A stretch of DNA of 63,348 nt, filler included, from Octopus bimaculoides (taxonomy: Eukaryota): assembly GCF_001194135.2 (NCBI RefSeq). It is 6 parts of 5 records of this genome, joined end to end, with 100 filler letters (N's around TTAATTAATTAA, not from the genome) between each part and the next. Parts side by side here need not be neighbours in the genome. Positions count along the whole stretch, not along the records: positions 42,257 to 58,333 come from NC_068981.1; positions 58,434 to 60,891 come from NC_068998.1; positions 60,992 to 63,348 come from NW_026340024.1; 3 more parts are not named here. One strand, given 5' to 3'. Of this stretch, positions 49,631-63,348 are shown piece by piece. The number at the start of each line of letters is the position of its first letter. Position 1 is the first letter of the stretch. The notes beneath the pieces were generated by a model. That model saw nothing but the letters and a program-made list of their open reading frames with translations. It ran no database searches and was not told the DNA's origin. Position numbers and translations under genes: made by a program.

Positions 49631-51329
49631 TTTAAGTAAGCAGTAATTAGTCAACATGTAATAGGTATTCTCAACATTATGCTTTAGGGTTACGAAATAC
49701 AGCTACAATTCATTTCATGTTGCTTCCACAAATGCAATGGTGAATAAAGGAAATTATTTCGATAAGAAATCGAATTAGAATCGGAAACCTGAATAGCATA
49801 AAAATGATACAAGTTATGAACTAAACTTTTAAAATTGCACACTCCTATTGCACACCACTATTCCTATATATGAATCCCGTCCAGTATTAGTGTAGCCTAA
49901 CGTTCTTTTCTCCCTTTTACACAAGTCTGATTCAAGGGAGATTTCTATGCTATGCCTCACAGGAAGAGTTATAGTGTCTGCAACTGTTTGCGTGTTGTCC
50001 TTTAGAGAGATCCAATTAAACACATCTTAAACAAAAACCACTTCTTCTTTATACCTGTATGTAGGAATAAATTAGAAAATGTGCATTTAAAAATTCTTAA
50101 TACAGTAGGATAAAATCTAATGGTCATTTACCTCCTATATATAGGAGATCAGATACCGTCAATAGATGTGTGAAGGGTAACCGTGTTGGCAATATGATAG
50201 TGGTGCTGGAAGTAATGATGTTGCTATATTAGTTGAAGCTGAAGAGACAGAAATACAGTTACAACCCAGCTGTAGAACTGAAATCCTCTTTCTAAATAAC
50301 ATTAAAAATTGAATATCTACAATTTTGTCTGCAAACTTCCCTCTTTCCTATGACATTAAAAACTTGAAAATCTGCAATGTTTGGTGAGTATTTAATTTTT
50401 TATCTGATTATTCGAATGTGAAAACATCTTTTTTATCACAAGGACATTCTTAAACACCTCAGGCTATCTAACTTCAAACAGGTGACGCTTTGTGATTACA
50501 TAATTTCTTAATTTTTTCTAGCTATTCGAACACTCAAACATTGCCTTTGGAAATCATGAAAAAATTGAAGCGCCTCCAAAAGTCAATACTCAGATCACAT
50601 TCCAGAACTGATAACAAACGCAGAAGATAAGCGACTGGCATATTTACAAACGCCACTTACGAAAACTGTTAATCACAGCAAAACTTCATTTAATATTGTG
50701 AAAATTTCAACCGTGTATGTATTTATTTTCTATTGGTAATTGAAACATCAAAATATACCAGTTCTCTTCAAAATCTACCATCACTCTCATCAGTCATAGT
50801 AGTAGTAGCTTATATTTCTCTGAGCACATATTTTGACCCCTGCTGACGATATATATGCAAACACTCCCCTGTTAGTTCCCGATCAACAGCTATTTCATCT
50901 ATTTATAGACTAATGATATCTAAATTTATGTCCGTCAAACTGTGCCTCTTCTGCCTACTATCCTCTCAACTCTCATGTGCTTATGATTACCTCAAACCCA
51001 AGGTAAGAATCTAATAATACTACACACTGTGGCACAAGCAAAGCCTGCAAATTTAACTTTGCCAATCCTCAGCAACAACAATTTCGGCAGCAACTCATAA
51101 AGTAACAACGATGAAAACACCAACACTGCTACCATGTCTACAGAAGGTAACCACAAGGACAAAACGAACAATAATAATAGTAATATAATAGCAATGGTAA
51201 CCTCAATAATAATTATAGCCAAAATAATGGTGGTGAAATAGCACTAATCGCTTGTTTATTAGCAACACTGAACTCAATAATAATTATAATATTAATGTCC
51301 CACAAAAATGTTTTATGAAGCACAAAGGA

Positions 51330-52150
51330 GAATTCAAAGGTACGCCATATCGTTTCTCGTGCAGTTAATCTGGAAGCGCGTTCTTCGTTGAGGAAGCAAC
51401 TTGAGGCCGAAAAGTCATCCACTGGCAATGTGGAAACGTTTAAAAAAGAACTTGAGCAGGAACAAAATATAGACAGATAGGAATGAGTATGCAGGCATGA
51501 CATAGAAGCTCAGGAAGGAATGTTATTTGAGTGTATGTGCAAGTCTTAAACCTGAGCTAAATGGACCTAAGAAGGTTCCAGCCACCAATTCATCAGCAGC
51601 TCCATTTGTTACTTATAGTTTCAATGTATTGAACTAATATAATAATAGAAAAATTCATAAGCTGGTCACTTGTAGAAAAAGACATCACCCTAAGGCGGAC
51701 GTGGATCGTCTTTAGCTTCCCAAAGACCAGGAGGTTTCATCCTGTGTGAAATTTCTCAAAAAAGGCAACTCTATTTGACTGGCTAAATATCATGAAACAA
51801 CGAACGACTGGTTGCAGAAACTCGTTGAAAACCACAAGAAGCGTAATATGCTTCATTTTATCTCTGAGACCAAAGATTTTCCTATTGGTTGCAGAAATAA
51901 TATCCACGCTGAACAGCATGACGAAAGTTGGGCGAATGTTGCACAGAAAGTAGAAATAATGGCAAAGAAACAGGCGCATGAACAATGAGCTGGTAGGTGT
52001 GAGCAGAAATCACTGCATGGTAAATAGGCTGCACGTAGCTAACAAGCTGATGTTGTCCACAAATATATCGATCAATGACTACGAAACTCAAGGCAATAGG
52101 CCGGAATCTATGCGGCCAGAAGTAATGCAAGGGAAAGAACAATTAGTAAT
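51330..52150 (+). mobile_element. Decayed R4/Dong-type LINE RT/thumb region
   Basis: LKPELNG, ATNSSAAPFVTYSFNVLN, HHPKADVDRL*LP, EQKSLHGK*, *AGIYAA; many stops. Confidence 0.75.
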
Positions 52151-52236
52151 TGTTTCCCCTGGGCTGTATACTTATTTCTTTATTTGTAAATCTTGTATGT
52201 TTGAGTGGAGGGTTACATGCACACACATAAATATAT

Positions 52237-52500
52237 GATGGGCGTCCACTCGTGACCGAGGAAAGGCATTGCTGTCCTTCAGTCTCCCAGTCAGTCTCCT
52301 GCATATCACAGGCCTTTAATGAGGACTTGACACAGTCCTTAAATCACAGCCTTGGTTTCTGCTGGGGTCTCTTTCCATTTACAAGTTTCCCATATAGCAT
52401 CTGCTTAGGGATCCTGATATCCTTCATTCTAATATGGTGTACCGGGTGCTTCTGCACAATCGCTTCAATACTAAAGATATTAGATGGATTAATACTAAAA
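52237..52500 (-). mobile_element. RTE-clade LINE 3' fragment
   Basis: HIRMKDIRIPKQMLYGKLVNGKRPQQKPRL*FKDCVKSSLKACDMQETDWE matches the RTE C-terminal RM.D.RIPKQ.LYG.L..GKR...P.LRFKD motif. Confidence 0.85.
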
Positions 52501-52924
52501 AGAGATTTTCACCAATGGAATTAAAAGACTGATGAGTAGGGTTAAATTGTAATAAAACCTAAAATTAGATCACTTTTTCCCTTACCCCAAATTCGGACAT
52601 TACTTATGGGATGACCTGAGATATATATATAATCGTATTTGAGCGTACGTTGTGTATATGTGTATTAAGTGGCTGAATATGCGTTTGTTTAAGAAGCATC
52701 AGGTGTAAAGCAAAATTTGGATTAATTCCTGCACTTTCTACTTGTAGACATTTTCTCGTGCAGAGGTTTCTTATCCTTTGCACACCAGTACACCTGCACT
52801 CCATCGACGACATTCAATTACTATGAAATCACTGATAGCAATCTTTAAATTAGAACTACAAAGCCATAATTGCAGATTGACGTTATGCATTAACATTTCA
52901 GGAAAATTTTTGCAGCTTTAGGTC

Positions 52925-53345
52925 AGGCGCAGGAGTGGCTGTGTGTTAAGAAGCTCGCTTCCTTCCACCTCCGTAGCACCTTGGGCAAGTGTCTTCTACT
53001 ATATCCTCGGGACGACCAACGCCTTATGAGTGGTTTTGGCAGACAGAAACGGAAGGAANNNNNNNNNNNNNNNNNNNNNNNNNNNNNNNNNNNNNNNNNN
53101 NNNNNNNNNNNNNNNNNNNNNNNNNNNNNTGTGTGTGTGTGTGTGTGTGTGTTTCTGCGTCTATGTTCCCCATCCTCTCTTGACAACTGATATTGGTGTC
53201 TTTACGTACCTGTAATTTAACGGATCGGCAAAAGATACCGAAAGAATAAGTACTAGGGTTACGTGCTGGGGTTGATTTGTTTGACTAAAGGTAGTGCTCC
53301 AGCATGGCCGCAGTCAAATGATTGAAACAAGTAAAAGAGTAAAAG
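52925..53345 (+). mobile_element. Group B SINE, head and tail around an internal (GT)n and gap
   Basis: Head gcaggagtggctgtgtg...caccttgggcaagtgtcttctacta; tail ...gtgctccagcatggccgcagtcaaatgattgaaacaagtaaaagag, also at 40150, 58070 (-) and 60452. Confidence 0.85.
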
Positions 53346-54268
53346 AGCATTCAGGTCAATGAATCATCAGACCATTTTGGTTATTTTAAAGTAGTATCAG
53401 AAGGATTTTCCAAATAAATCATTATGGCTCTTCTTAAAATGCTTCACAGTAATTGTTTCAAATGTCTGCGACCTCCCTTCAAATCCACCGATGACAACTT
53501 TCATTTTACAACCTTTCCCCGAGGAGGGAAAATATTATTCAAGATACCCGTCGAAGAGGGAAAATATCAATTCAAGATGCCCATTTGTCTTAGATTCTGA
53601 ATTCAAATTTCGCTAAGCTGTTAGTGGGTACTACACTTAAACCGTGAAACGAATTAACACCAACTACCTAACAAGTAGAATGAATTAAGTGGCGTCCATT
53701 GAATTCCAAGCTTCGAGCCAAGCTTCTGGTACTAAGAGATCTTTTTCTGCACCCTTCCCTACCCACAGGTTTGAGATTCCCTCAGAGGCGTCATAGATAC
53801 TGCTTTCTATTATTTTAAAGATTTATACACGAATATATGAAATCTAGTAAAGATCGTAATGTATTGGATTTTAGAGGCATCAATGAAGAGTTCGACTGTC
53901 GTATATGTCGAGCAATAACTCACTTGAATCTATTCATTGTTAAAAACTAATACTCATATTTTCTCCCAATATTATACACGCTCAAACATATGCAATGAAC
54001 TGTAAGGTTTCATTGTGCTCATTTTATGCATCAGAACTTTTCGGATATTGGATTTTATCTCATATATTATGGCTGCAGTACTGCATATCCGTCCCATTGT
54101 CCCCTGACACTGTATGGACTTGTCCTTAGAGATCTCTTAAATTTACCATCTTCGAGAAATAGCATAGAATGATAATTCGTAAATTTATCCAAAATATTAC
54201 TGTTGTATTTTAGAGTTCTGCTTCAGCAGAACTATGATCATTAACATTTATGTTTATACGTATGTGTG

Positions 54269-54311
<43 letters not shown>

Positions 54312-54889
54312 NNNNNNNNNNNNNNNNNNNNNNNNNNNNNNNNNNNNNNNNNNNNNNNNNNNNNNNNNNNNNNNNNNNNNNNNNNNNNNNNNNNNNNNNN
54401 NNNNNNNNNNNNNNNNNNNNNNNNNNNNNNNNNNNNNNNNNNNNNNNNNNNNNNNNNNNNNNNNNNNNNNNNNNNNNNNNNNNNNNNNNNNNNNNNNNNN
54501 NNNNNNNNNNNNNNNNNNNNNNNNNNNNNNNNNNNNNNNNNNNNNNNNNNNNAATAGAAATATCTTTAAAAAATAGAAACTACACGTGAAGATATAGGTA
54601 TAGTATGAAGATAAAAAATGAAAATGTACATTGAATATCAAAAAAACAAAGGCTTTTTTATGAGAAGTAGTGATAAATATATACAATTAGATAAACTGAG
54701 GTAGAATTAAGAGGAATAAAAGTCATTATTTTGAATTGTTAAAGAGATTCAAAGTCATACCGGTATCGTCATTGCTGTTCACTGGCTTTGAATGCGCACC
54801 GATTTCCAAACGGTGTCGGGTCTAGTCCCTGAGTAAAAAGATTATGTGTAAGAGAGGTAAGTAGTAACAAATGCTTTAATGACAAGCCC

Positions 54890-56070
54890 AAACTCATGCC
54901 GGATCGGTCATCGCCCGGAACAAGGACCGCGTTACCCAGTGGGGAACCAGAGTGATGTCAAAATGTCTGCTGCTGGAACAAACTCTCCAAGAAAAAAATA
55001 ACACGTAACCAGAACCAGGATAACACTAATCCTAGACATGTAGTGACACTACGGAAAACACCACCTAAAGCAAAGCGATGAAATGGACTAGAGAGAATTA
55101 TAGAGATGTGTGGAAAGATTTCTATACAGCCAAACTAAACACAAACTATAACCTCATTGTACAAACATGCAGCTCATGGAGACACTTAGTAGGCAATGAA
55201 GTACGCAGATTTATAGACGCAAATAAACTAGGCAATGTACGTAGAGACATCATTAAGAGTAAAATGTTAATTGACTCTGAACTTAGCCAAATTAAGACAC
55301 AAATATTCCATGGTGGACCGAATGAAAACAACAACAATGCAGATGAAATAGGTAACAGATACACAAAACCCAGTGTGCAAGCAGTACATCTAAACGAGGA
55401 CGCTGAAGAAAGTATAGCGAAGAAGAGATATGCCCTACGCCAAGAACACCAGAATAGATATGACACAGAATTTAAGGCGAATAATAAAGTGAAGATATAG
55501 AAGCTAAAGAAGACATTGTGAGAGAACTCAGCAAGACTTTGTGTACTGAGATTATTAATAGAGAACCTCAAAAAGCTCTCAAACAGCATACAAAATAACA
55601 ACATAATCATGATATATAATATCGCTCTTAGACATATCTTAAGAAATAAAAGAAATGATATAAGGGAAATGATATGAGGGAAATGATCTAATCCAATAAG
55701 GGAAATGATCTTAAGAAATAAGGGAAATGATTAAATTACCTCATCTATTCCACTACTAAAGTTGTAACTGCTCGATTAAGTATCAGGACGACACAGAAAA
55801 GGACCAGTCATATCAATAGACCTCCTAAATGGAAAGTAGCAATACAAAAAGACATCGAATTTTTACGGGCGAATGTATCAGATCTCGATCAACTTGCTAG
55901 AGTAGTAAAAGTTAAGATGAAACAAGATAGATGTGGGATTTTAAAGCGAGAACTGTTCCTGTTATGGTGGTTGCTCTAGATATAATATGAAAGTGATATC
56001 AGACACATCTAGATAATAAATCCAAAAGATTGTGTTGACAAGCACCGCCACATGTTTAGAAAAACCCTAT
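54890..56070 (+). mobile_element. Internally deleted R4/Dong-type LINE: 5' region and N-terminal ORF joined to the REL C-terminus
   Basis: MKWTRENYRDVWKDFYTAK...KLGNVRRDIIKSKMLIDSELSQIK (Myb-like N-terminus), PPKWKVAIQKDIEFLR, then directly ARTVPVMVVALDII. Confidence 0.6.
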
Positions 56071-56269
56071 CAATTTAAATGTATGTATTGTATTGCATGA
56101 AGGTATTTCGTTATTGCCTCTGCCACTTTCCCTCACACAGATTTCAGTAATACTGTAACATCTCTTATACTTCACTCGCCCTAAGACGCTGGGTGTGTCT
56201 CGGTGAGCGATTGTAACAAACATGCAGATTAAAAGTAAATAGTAATAATGATTATAATAATTTCTACTA

Positions 56270-56470
56270 TATGCACAAGGGCTGAAATATTTGGTGGGAG
56301 GGTACTAATCGATTACATCGACCACGTGTGTGACTGGTACTGAATTTATCAACCCTAAAAAGATGAAAGACAAAGTCGAACTCGGCAGAATTTTAACCCA
56401 GAACGTGGCGACGCTCGAAATACCGCTATGCAGTTCGTCCAGCGTGCTAACGATTCTGCCAGCTCACCGC
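56270..56470 (-). mobile_element. Group C SINE, near full length
   Basis: Homologous to 21535-21738 along its length. Confidence 0.85.
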
Positions 56471-57069
56471 CATAATAAGAGGGTTGAAAACTTGTAGATA
56501 CCTAAGATTACAGGTAGTAACCCGCTACCCACATAATGCCTACCAGGAATAAGACCGAACCTGAGCCAAACCAAAATAATAATAACGATAATGTTAATGT
56601 TATTATTACATGTGATTTAAGTCTAAAAAATTTGTATTCAAAGTATATGTATTTTTAAAATTTCATCCGTTTTTCTTAACTATTTCTTATCAAAAACCAC
56701 GAAATCTTATTGGATATGAATTCCTTTAAGACTTGGTATTAGAAAATGTTTGTTTAATGTCAATTTTAACAAATAAATTTCCGTTGCAATTATGCATCAA
56801 CTTTCCATTAAATAAAACGTATTGAAATCAAATTACAAATGTGTGTTTGACCCGAATCATTATCATTGGATTGGTAAGGAGTGAATAACGATTTCTGGGT
56901 CAGTATGTTTATTCTCCAAATAGTTTTCCAATTAGAATGACAAAATAAGAAGCAAATGAAACAGAAGTTGAAAAGAACAAAAAACCATCAGATTGATTAT
57001 TAAACACAATATAACAAATGCATATATATATATATTCATTGTATTATATCATTTATTATCTGTATTATA

Positions 57070-57109
<40 letters not shown>

Positions 57110-57386
57110 NNNNNNNNNNNNNNNNNNNNNNNNNNNNNNNNNNNNNNNNNNNNNNNNNNNNNNNNNNNNNNNNNNNNNNNNNNNNNNNNNNNNNNNNNNN
57201 NNNNNNNNNNNNNNNNNNNNNNNNNNNNNNNNNNNNNNNNNNNNNNNNNNNNNNNNNNNNNNNNNNNNNNNNNNNNNNNNNNNNNNNNNNNNNNNNNNNN
57301 NNNNNNNNNNNNNNNNNNNNNNNNNNNNNNNNNNNNNNNNNNNNNNNNNNNNNNNNNNNNNNNNATATATATGCATATATGTGTAC

Positions 57387-57455
<69 letters not shown>

Positions 57456-58069
57456 CAGATGCACACATATATAAACAAGCACAACATAACCAAAATTATT
57501 CGTAATCATCTGGAGATATGATTAATCAAGTGATAGTACATCAATATTTGAATAGTTATCAAAAATAATGTTGTTGCGTAAACTTATTTTCTTATCATCA
57601 CTACAATGACGGAGGAACACAGTGTGTATGACTAAGTTTTTCATCTAATGATTACTTATGTGCTTATTTTACATTATAAGATCATACGTTGGTGCAGTAT
57701 AAATTCATTCAGTAGAAAATAAAATAGTTTAAACATTTACTGCTTTAGTGAAAACAGTCCAATAAATCGCAAAGGAAGTGTGTGCATTGTATAACCGTTA
57801 TTTGTTTTACAAAATTTCAAATTGCTGTAATAGTTAGTTGTATTTCTACTACAGATAAAGTGGAGAAAAATATGCAAATATTTGAATATTCTATGAAGTA
57901 ATAACTGATATGATAATAATAGTTAAGATTATCCTTCTTTAATATCTCGATATATATAATGTTTGAATGCATAAAAATCATGCAAGAATCATTTTAATGC
58001 AGAAAGATGTTGTGAAAAGAAATAACTAAGCATATTCAATGAGACCTTTCGAATTATCTTTTATCTTTT

Positions 58070-58270
58070 ACCTCTAACTTGTTTCAGTCATCAAACCGCG
58101 GCTATGATGGGGCACTGCCCTGAAATTTTTTAGTCGAATGAATCGATCCCAGGACTTACTCTTTAGGCCTGGTACTTATTCTATCGGCCTCTATTGCCGA
58201 ACCACTAAGTTACAGGGACGCAAATAAATCAACATTGGATGTCAAGCTGTGATGAGAGGATAAACACAAA
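58070..58270 (-). mobile_element. Group B SINE 3' tail
   Basis: Reverse complement of the 53150-53345 tail (ttgtttcagtcat...gcggctatgatggggcact...ggtacttattctatcgg). Confidence 0.7.
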
Positions 58271-58433
58271 GACACACAGACACACACACACATATATATA
58301 TATAAATAATATATATATATATGTATATATATGNNNNNNNNNNNNNNNNNNNNNNNNNNNNNNNNNNNNNNNNNNNNTTAATTAATTAANNNNNNNNNNN
58401 NNNNNNNNNNNNNNNNNNNNNNNNNNNNNNNNN

Positions 58434-58491
<58 letters not shown>

Positions 58492-58829
58492 ATATATATA
58501 GCCCACTTCACTTCTCCGTTGACATACATACATACATACACACATATAGCTATATCTGTATACATATGGACGTTATACGAAGACAGAAACATGTATGCGT
58601 ATGTGTGTCTGTATGATTTTGTTAATGTAAGATTAGCTGCTTGTTTCTTTCTCTCTTTCTCTATCACTCACACGCTCACACTATTTCTGTGTCTCTTTCT
58701 TTCTCTCTCTCTCCTCCGTTTTTGCTCTCATTCATTCCTTCTATTGGTCTTGTTTGTATCTGTATACATGTGTGTATATATTTAATTTTATATATATACA
58801 TGTATGCATGTATGCGAAGTAGAGGCACA

Positions 58830-59085
58830 TACATGGCCAAGTGGTTATAGCAGCGGACTCGCTGTCGCGAGATCGCGGGTTCGAATCTCGGACCGGGCGA
58901 TGTGTGTGTTTATTACCGAAACGCCTAAGCTCCACGCGGCTCCGGCAGAAGGTAATGGCGAACTTCTGCTGACTCTTTCGCCACAACTTCTCATTCTTTC
59001 CTGCTGTGACAGACCAGCGTCCCATCCGGATGGGGAACCTATACGCCAATGAAACCGGGAAACCGGCCCTTGTGAGCTCGTGAAG
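58830..59085 (+). mobile_element. Group A SINE head type 2 with a different tail (Y)
   Basis: First ~165 nt align with 4272-4440; then gacagaccagcgtcccatccggatgggga...gaaaccgggaaaccgg instead of tail X. Confidence 0.8.
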
Positions 59086-60537
59086 GAACAAACAACATAT
59101 ATGCGGTGTTTGNNNNNNNNNNNNNNNNNNNNNNNNNNNNNNNNNNNNNNNNNNNNNNNNNNNNNNNNNNNNNNNNNNNNNNNNNNNNNNNNNNNNNNNN
59201 NNNNNNNNNNNNNNNNNNNNNNNNNNNNNNNNNNNNNNNNNNNNNNNNNNNNNNNNNNNNNNNNNNNNNNNNNNNNNNNNNNNNNNNNNNNNNNNNNNNN
59301 NNNNNNNNNNNNNNNNNNNNNNNNNNNNNNNNNNNNNNNNNNNNNNNNNNNNNNNNNNNNNNNNNNNNNNNNNNNNNNNNNNNNNNNNNNNNNNNNNNNN
59401 NNNNNNNNNNNNNNNNNNNNNNNNNNNNNNNNNNNNNNNNNNNNNNNNNNNNNNNNNNNNNNNNNNNNNNNNNNNNNNNNNNNNNNNNNNNNNNNNNNNN
59501 NNNNNNNNNNNNNNNNNNNNNNNNNNNNNNNNNNNNNNNNNNNNNNNNNNNNNNNNNNNNNNNNNNNNNNNNNNNNNNNNNNNNNNNNNNNNNNNNNNNN
59601 NNNNNNNNNNNNNNNNNNNNNNNNNNNNNNNNNNNNNNNNNNNNNNNNNNNNNNNNNNNNNNNNNNNNNNNNNNNNNNNNNNNNNNNNNNNNNNNNNNNN
59701 NNNNNNNNNNNNNNNNNNNNNNNNNNNNNNNNNNNNNNNNNNNNNNNNNNNNNNNNNNNNNNNNNNNNNNNNNNNNNNNNNNNNNNNNNNNNNNNNNNNN
59801 NNNNNNNNNNNNNNNNNNNNNNNNNNNNNNNNNNNNNNNNNNNNNNNNNNNNNNNNNNNNNNNNNNNNNNNNNNNNNNNNNNNNNNNNNNNNNNNNNNNN
59901 NNNNNNNNNNNNNNNNNNNNNNNNNNNNNNNNNGGTGTGGTGTGTGTGTGCACGTGTGTGTGTGTGTGTGTGTGTGGTGTGGTGTGTGTGTGTGGTGTGG
60001 TGTGGTGTGGTGTGTGTGGGTGTAAAACGAAATACGCGGAAACAAATGTCGAGAGCAAATGTTGGTAAAGGGCGTGGATATGGTCGTTATTGTTGTTGTT
60101 GTTGTTTCTGTTTGCTGCATCCATTAGGTTTTTAATCTTCGTTTATCTTCTTTAATCTTCTACAGTAGCGGCCATAATATAAGGGTCAGTAAGAACAAAT
60201 GTATTGAAGTATTTAGTATTGAAGATTAACAATACGTTGAGACTAGATATTTAACACATATCTAGATATATCTAATATCTATCTTTCGTGGAAATTTCAA
60301 GTGAATGGAATAAATATTTCGTAAGTTATGAGGAAATAAACAAATAATATTCCAAACTGCAATGGCCAAAAGTTAAGGGTCGCTTAGAAAAACAATGAAA
60401 AATGGGACAAGAAGAAAAAAGAAACCCTTACTATTAATGTTTTGTGAGCATTCCAGCATGGCCGCAGTCAAATGACTGAAACATGTAAAAGAGTAAAAGG
60501 TACACACACACACACACACACACACTTAACTATTCGT

Positions 60538-60677
60538 GGGTCAAAGAGACATGCAACGTCGATTATATAGCATATGTGGTGCCCTGCTCCTTGTCCACCA
60601 CCACTAGGTCCAGTCTGTTACACTCTAGCACCTGATCTGTTTGGATTGGGAAACCCCAGAGGATTTTGCTAGTCTCT
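60538..60677 (-). mobile_element. R4/Dong-type REL endonuclease fragment starting at a (TAA)n/(TGA)n array
   Basis: ETSKILWGFPIQTDQVLECNRLDLVVVDKEQGTT.../IDVACLFD. Confidence 0.8.
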
Positions 60678-60807
60678 ATTATTATTATCATTATCATTAT
60701 TATTATTATCATTATTATTATTATCATTATTATTATCATTATTATTATTATTATTATCATTATTATTATTATTATTATCATTATTATTATTATCATTATT
60801 ATTATTA

Positions 60808-60891
<84 letters not shown>
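60678..60891. repeat. (TTA)n array with periodic TCA interruptions
   Basis: Direct inspection. Confidence 0.95.
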
Positions 60892-62135
60892 NNNNNNNNN
60901 NNNNNNNNNNNNNNNNNNNNNNNNNNNNNNNNNNNTTAATTAATTAANNNNNNNNNNNNNNNNNNNNNNNNNNNNNNNNNNNNNNNNNNNNATATATGTG
61001 TGTGTGTGTATATACCTTTATATACATATATATATATATGTAGGCATAACTAATCTCACACACAAACACACCTGTGTCTGTGTGTTATTTAGAGAGCGTG
61101 TATTGCAAAGTTTTAAGTTCTCAATGGAAACATGAAATACCACACTTAGTTAGAATGAAAGATTTACTATGACACATAAATTTCGGTTCAAATTTGTGGT
61201 TTAATATGTCAGTAATATAATCTTTGATGTGAAATATTTAGGTGTAAACAAAGTATATGTATTCGTATTAATTACGTAGAGAGTCAATATGATGTACGCT
61301 TTACTTACTAAGCAAAAACATCGGCAATTTGATCAACATGGATCGATGACATCAAACAAATCCCGTATCTACGGAGTTTGACTTAATTGACCTGACAAGT
61401 AGAAATATACTTACTGGTGGCAAGATAATAAGTCAGTTGTAACATTTGTAAAGACCTCTAGCATTAATACACAAATATTTGCTTATAACGGATATACAAA
61501 TATCAATTTTTACGTTATTGAACAATAATAACATTCTCAACATAGACAAGATTGGTAATTACAAAATACCTCATAACACAAATCATATAAATCATATCTT
61601 CAAAATACACAATTTTGTATAGGTAGTAATTAAAACAATGCAAATTTATGCAGCTGACGGTCGAATGAGTGGCCCTCACCGGCCTGTCGACGTTGTATAA
61701 ATAACTGTAAAACTATTGCCCTGTGTTTAATGCTTTGAAAGGCGTTGGATACTTTAGTGTTAAGTAAATGATATATAAAGACTCGGATTGGCACGATTCG
61801 ATTACCATTTCTTATGGTATCTACAGTCAGGGCAGATATGAGGTTGAACGTTAATAAAAACGAAGTATTACAGTTATTATTATATGCGTATCATACATTC
61901 CCCTCGCTTATGTTCGATCACAAATCTTCGATTAATAAAACTACATAAATTTAATACTTTTTGTCTATAACTTACGTAGGAAACATTTTTTGAAATATAT
62001 AATATATAGTCAATAGAAATAAAGTGGAGACAAGGAAAAATATATTCATGCATACACCCCCCCCCACACATATATATATATAAATATATACAAATAGATA
62101 TATACATATAAATTCAAATATCTCCATATATATCT

Positions 62136-62166
<31 letters not shown>

Positions 62167-62449
62167 TATATATATANNNNNNNNNNNNNNNNNNNNNNNN
62201 NNNNNNNNNNNNNNNNNNNNNNNNNNNNNNNNNNNNNNNNNNNNNNNNNNNNNNNNNNNNNNNNNNNNNNNNNNNNNNNNNNNNNNNNNNNNNNNNNNNN
62301 NNNNNNNNNNNNNNNNNNNNNNNNNNNNNNNNNNNNNNNNNNNNNNNNNNNNNNNNNNNNNNNNNNNNNNNNNNNNNNNNNNNNNNNNNNNNNNNNNNNN
62401 NNNNNNNNNNNNNNNNNNNNNNNNNNNNNNNNNNNNNNNNNNNNNNNNN

Positions 62450-62494
<45 letters not shown>

Positions 62495-63348
62495 ATATAT
62501 ATATATATATATGCATATATATATAAATATATACAAACATATATATACATATATATATGTGTATGTATACATGTGTGTATGGATACATGTGTGTATTCAC
62601 ACACACACACACACACAAACACACACATATATATGATGTATATGTATACGTACACAACCCATAACAAATCTATGAAATCCAATTCGAAGATGTAAAAATG
62701 AATGGTTACAAATTAAATTGGATGTCAGAAAGATCTTACTGAGAAATTTCAAATAATCGACGTATATATAGGTAATTTCAATTTCTTCAATATATGACAA
62801 GATAGCATTGAAAGTCTTGAAGCACCAAATATGAAATCAATAAGCAAATTATATTATCCAGAATGATTTTCCAAATTGCATACAAAATATTGATTAATGA
62901 TAATCAATAATTTTTGTAATGATTAATATAAATCAATATTATTGAGAATAAAACAAATTCATTCTCCTTGAGTATATGTGTGTGTATGTGTGCGTGTGTG
63001 TGAGTGTGTGTGCTCGCATATGTATGTGTGAGTGTATGTGCACGGATAGATAAATAGATAGATGCAGTCAGAGAGAGCAGATGAGAAACTGTTAAAGAAA
63101 GAACGGTATTGATGAAAGGGAAAATATGTTCAAACTTGAAATACAAACGTCGTAAGTTTGCATTTTTGAAGCAAAACACACCTGCACTGATTACACTTCT
63201 TGCAGCCTTACCGCTTTATACAGGCAGAAGTTAATATTTCCCCTCTTTGTTCTTTTAGTATTTTCGAAAATAAAGCACCTAACTCACATATACACACATC
63301 TCTCTCTCTCTCTCTCTCTCCCTCTCTCTCTCTCTCTGTATATATATA

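Noticed and set aside
52529-52570. CTGATGA followed by a short stem
   Set aside because: No GAAA after the stem and no stem I; also rejected CTGATGA matches near 20040, 35255 and 50790.

Overview
AT-rich, gap-ridden animal genomic DNA, very dense in microsatellites. The repeat families look like those of octopus/coleoid cephalopods; this is recognition from memory, not a database result. No complete gene, rRNA, true tRNA or CRISPR array is supportable, and nearly all ORF-track entries are microsatellite or N-gap artefacts. Supportable content: (i) one convincing 239-nt internal coding exon on the minus strand (43243-43481) plus several weaker candidate exons; (ii) many decayed retroelements, including R4/Dong-type restriction-endonuclease-like (REL) LINE fragments often abutting (TAA)n, an RTE LINE 3' end, and at least three tRNA-derived SINE groups with swapped heads and tails; (iii) fragments of three Tc1/mariner-superfamily transposons; (iv) several fold-back structures. 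The most interesting signal is four minimal type-I hammerhead-ribozyme-like motifs (CUGANGA...GAAAC) in two unrelated repeat families, one arranged as a ~285-nt palindrome with a motif on each strand, as expected for Penelope-like/retrozyme-type elements. Every copy here has a lesion, so activity is not shown. Also notable: a pre-miRNA-sized hairpin (15665-15720), a SINE-derived degenerate satellite (37380-38170) and a perfect 43-bp inverted repeat (24532-24641).
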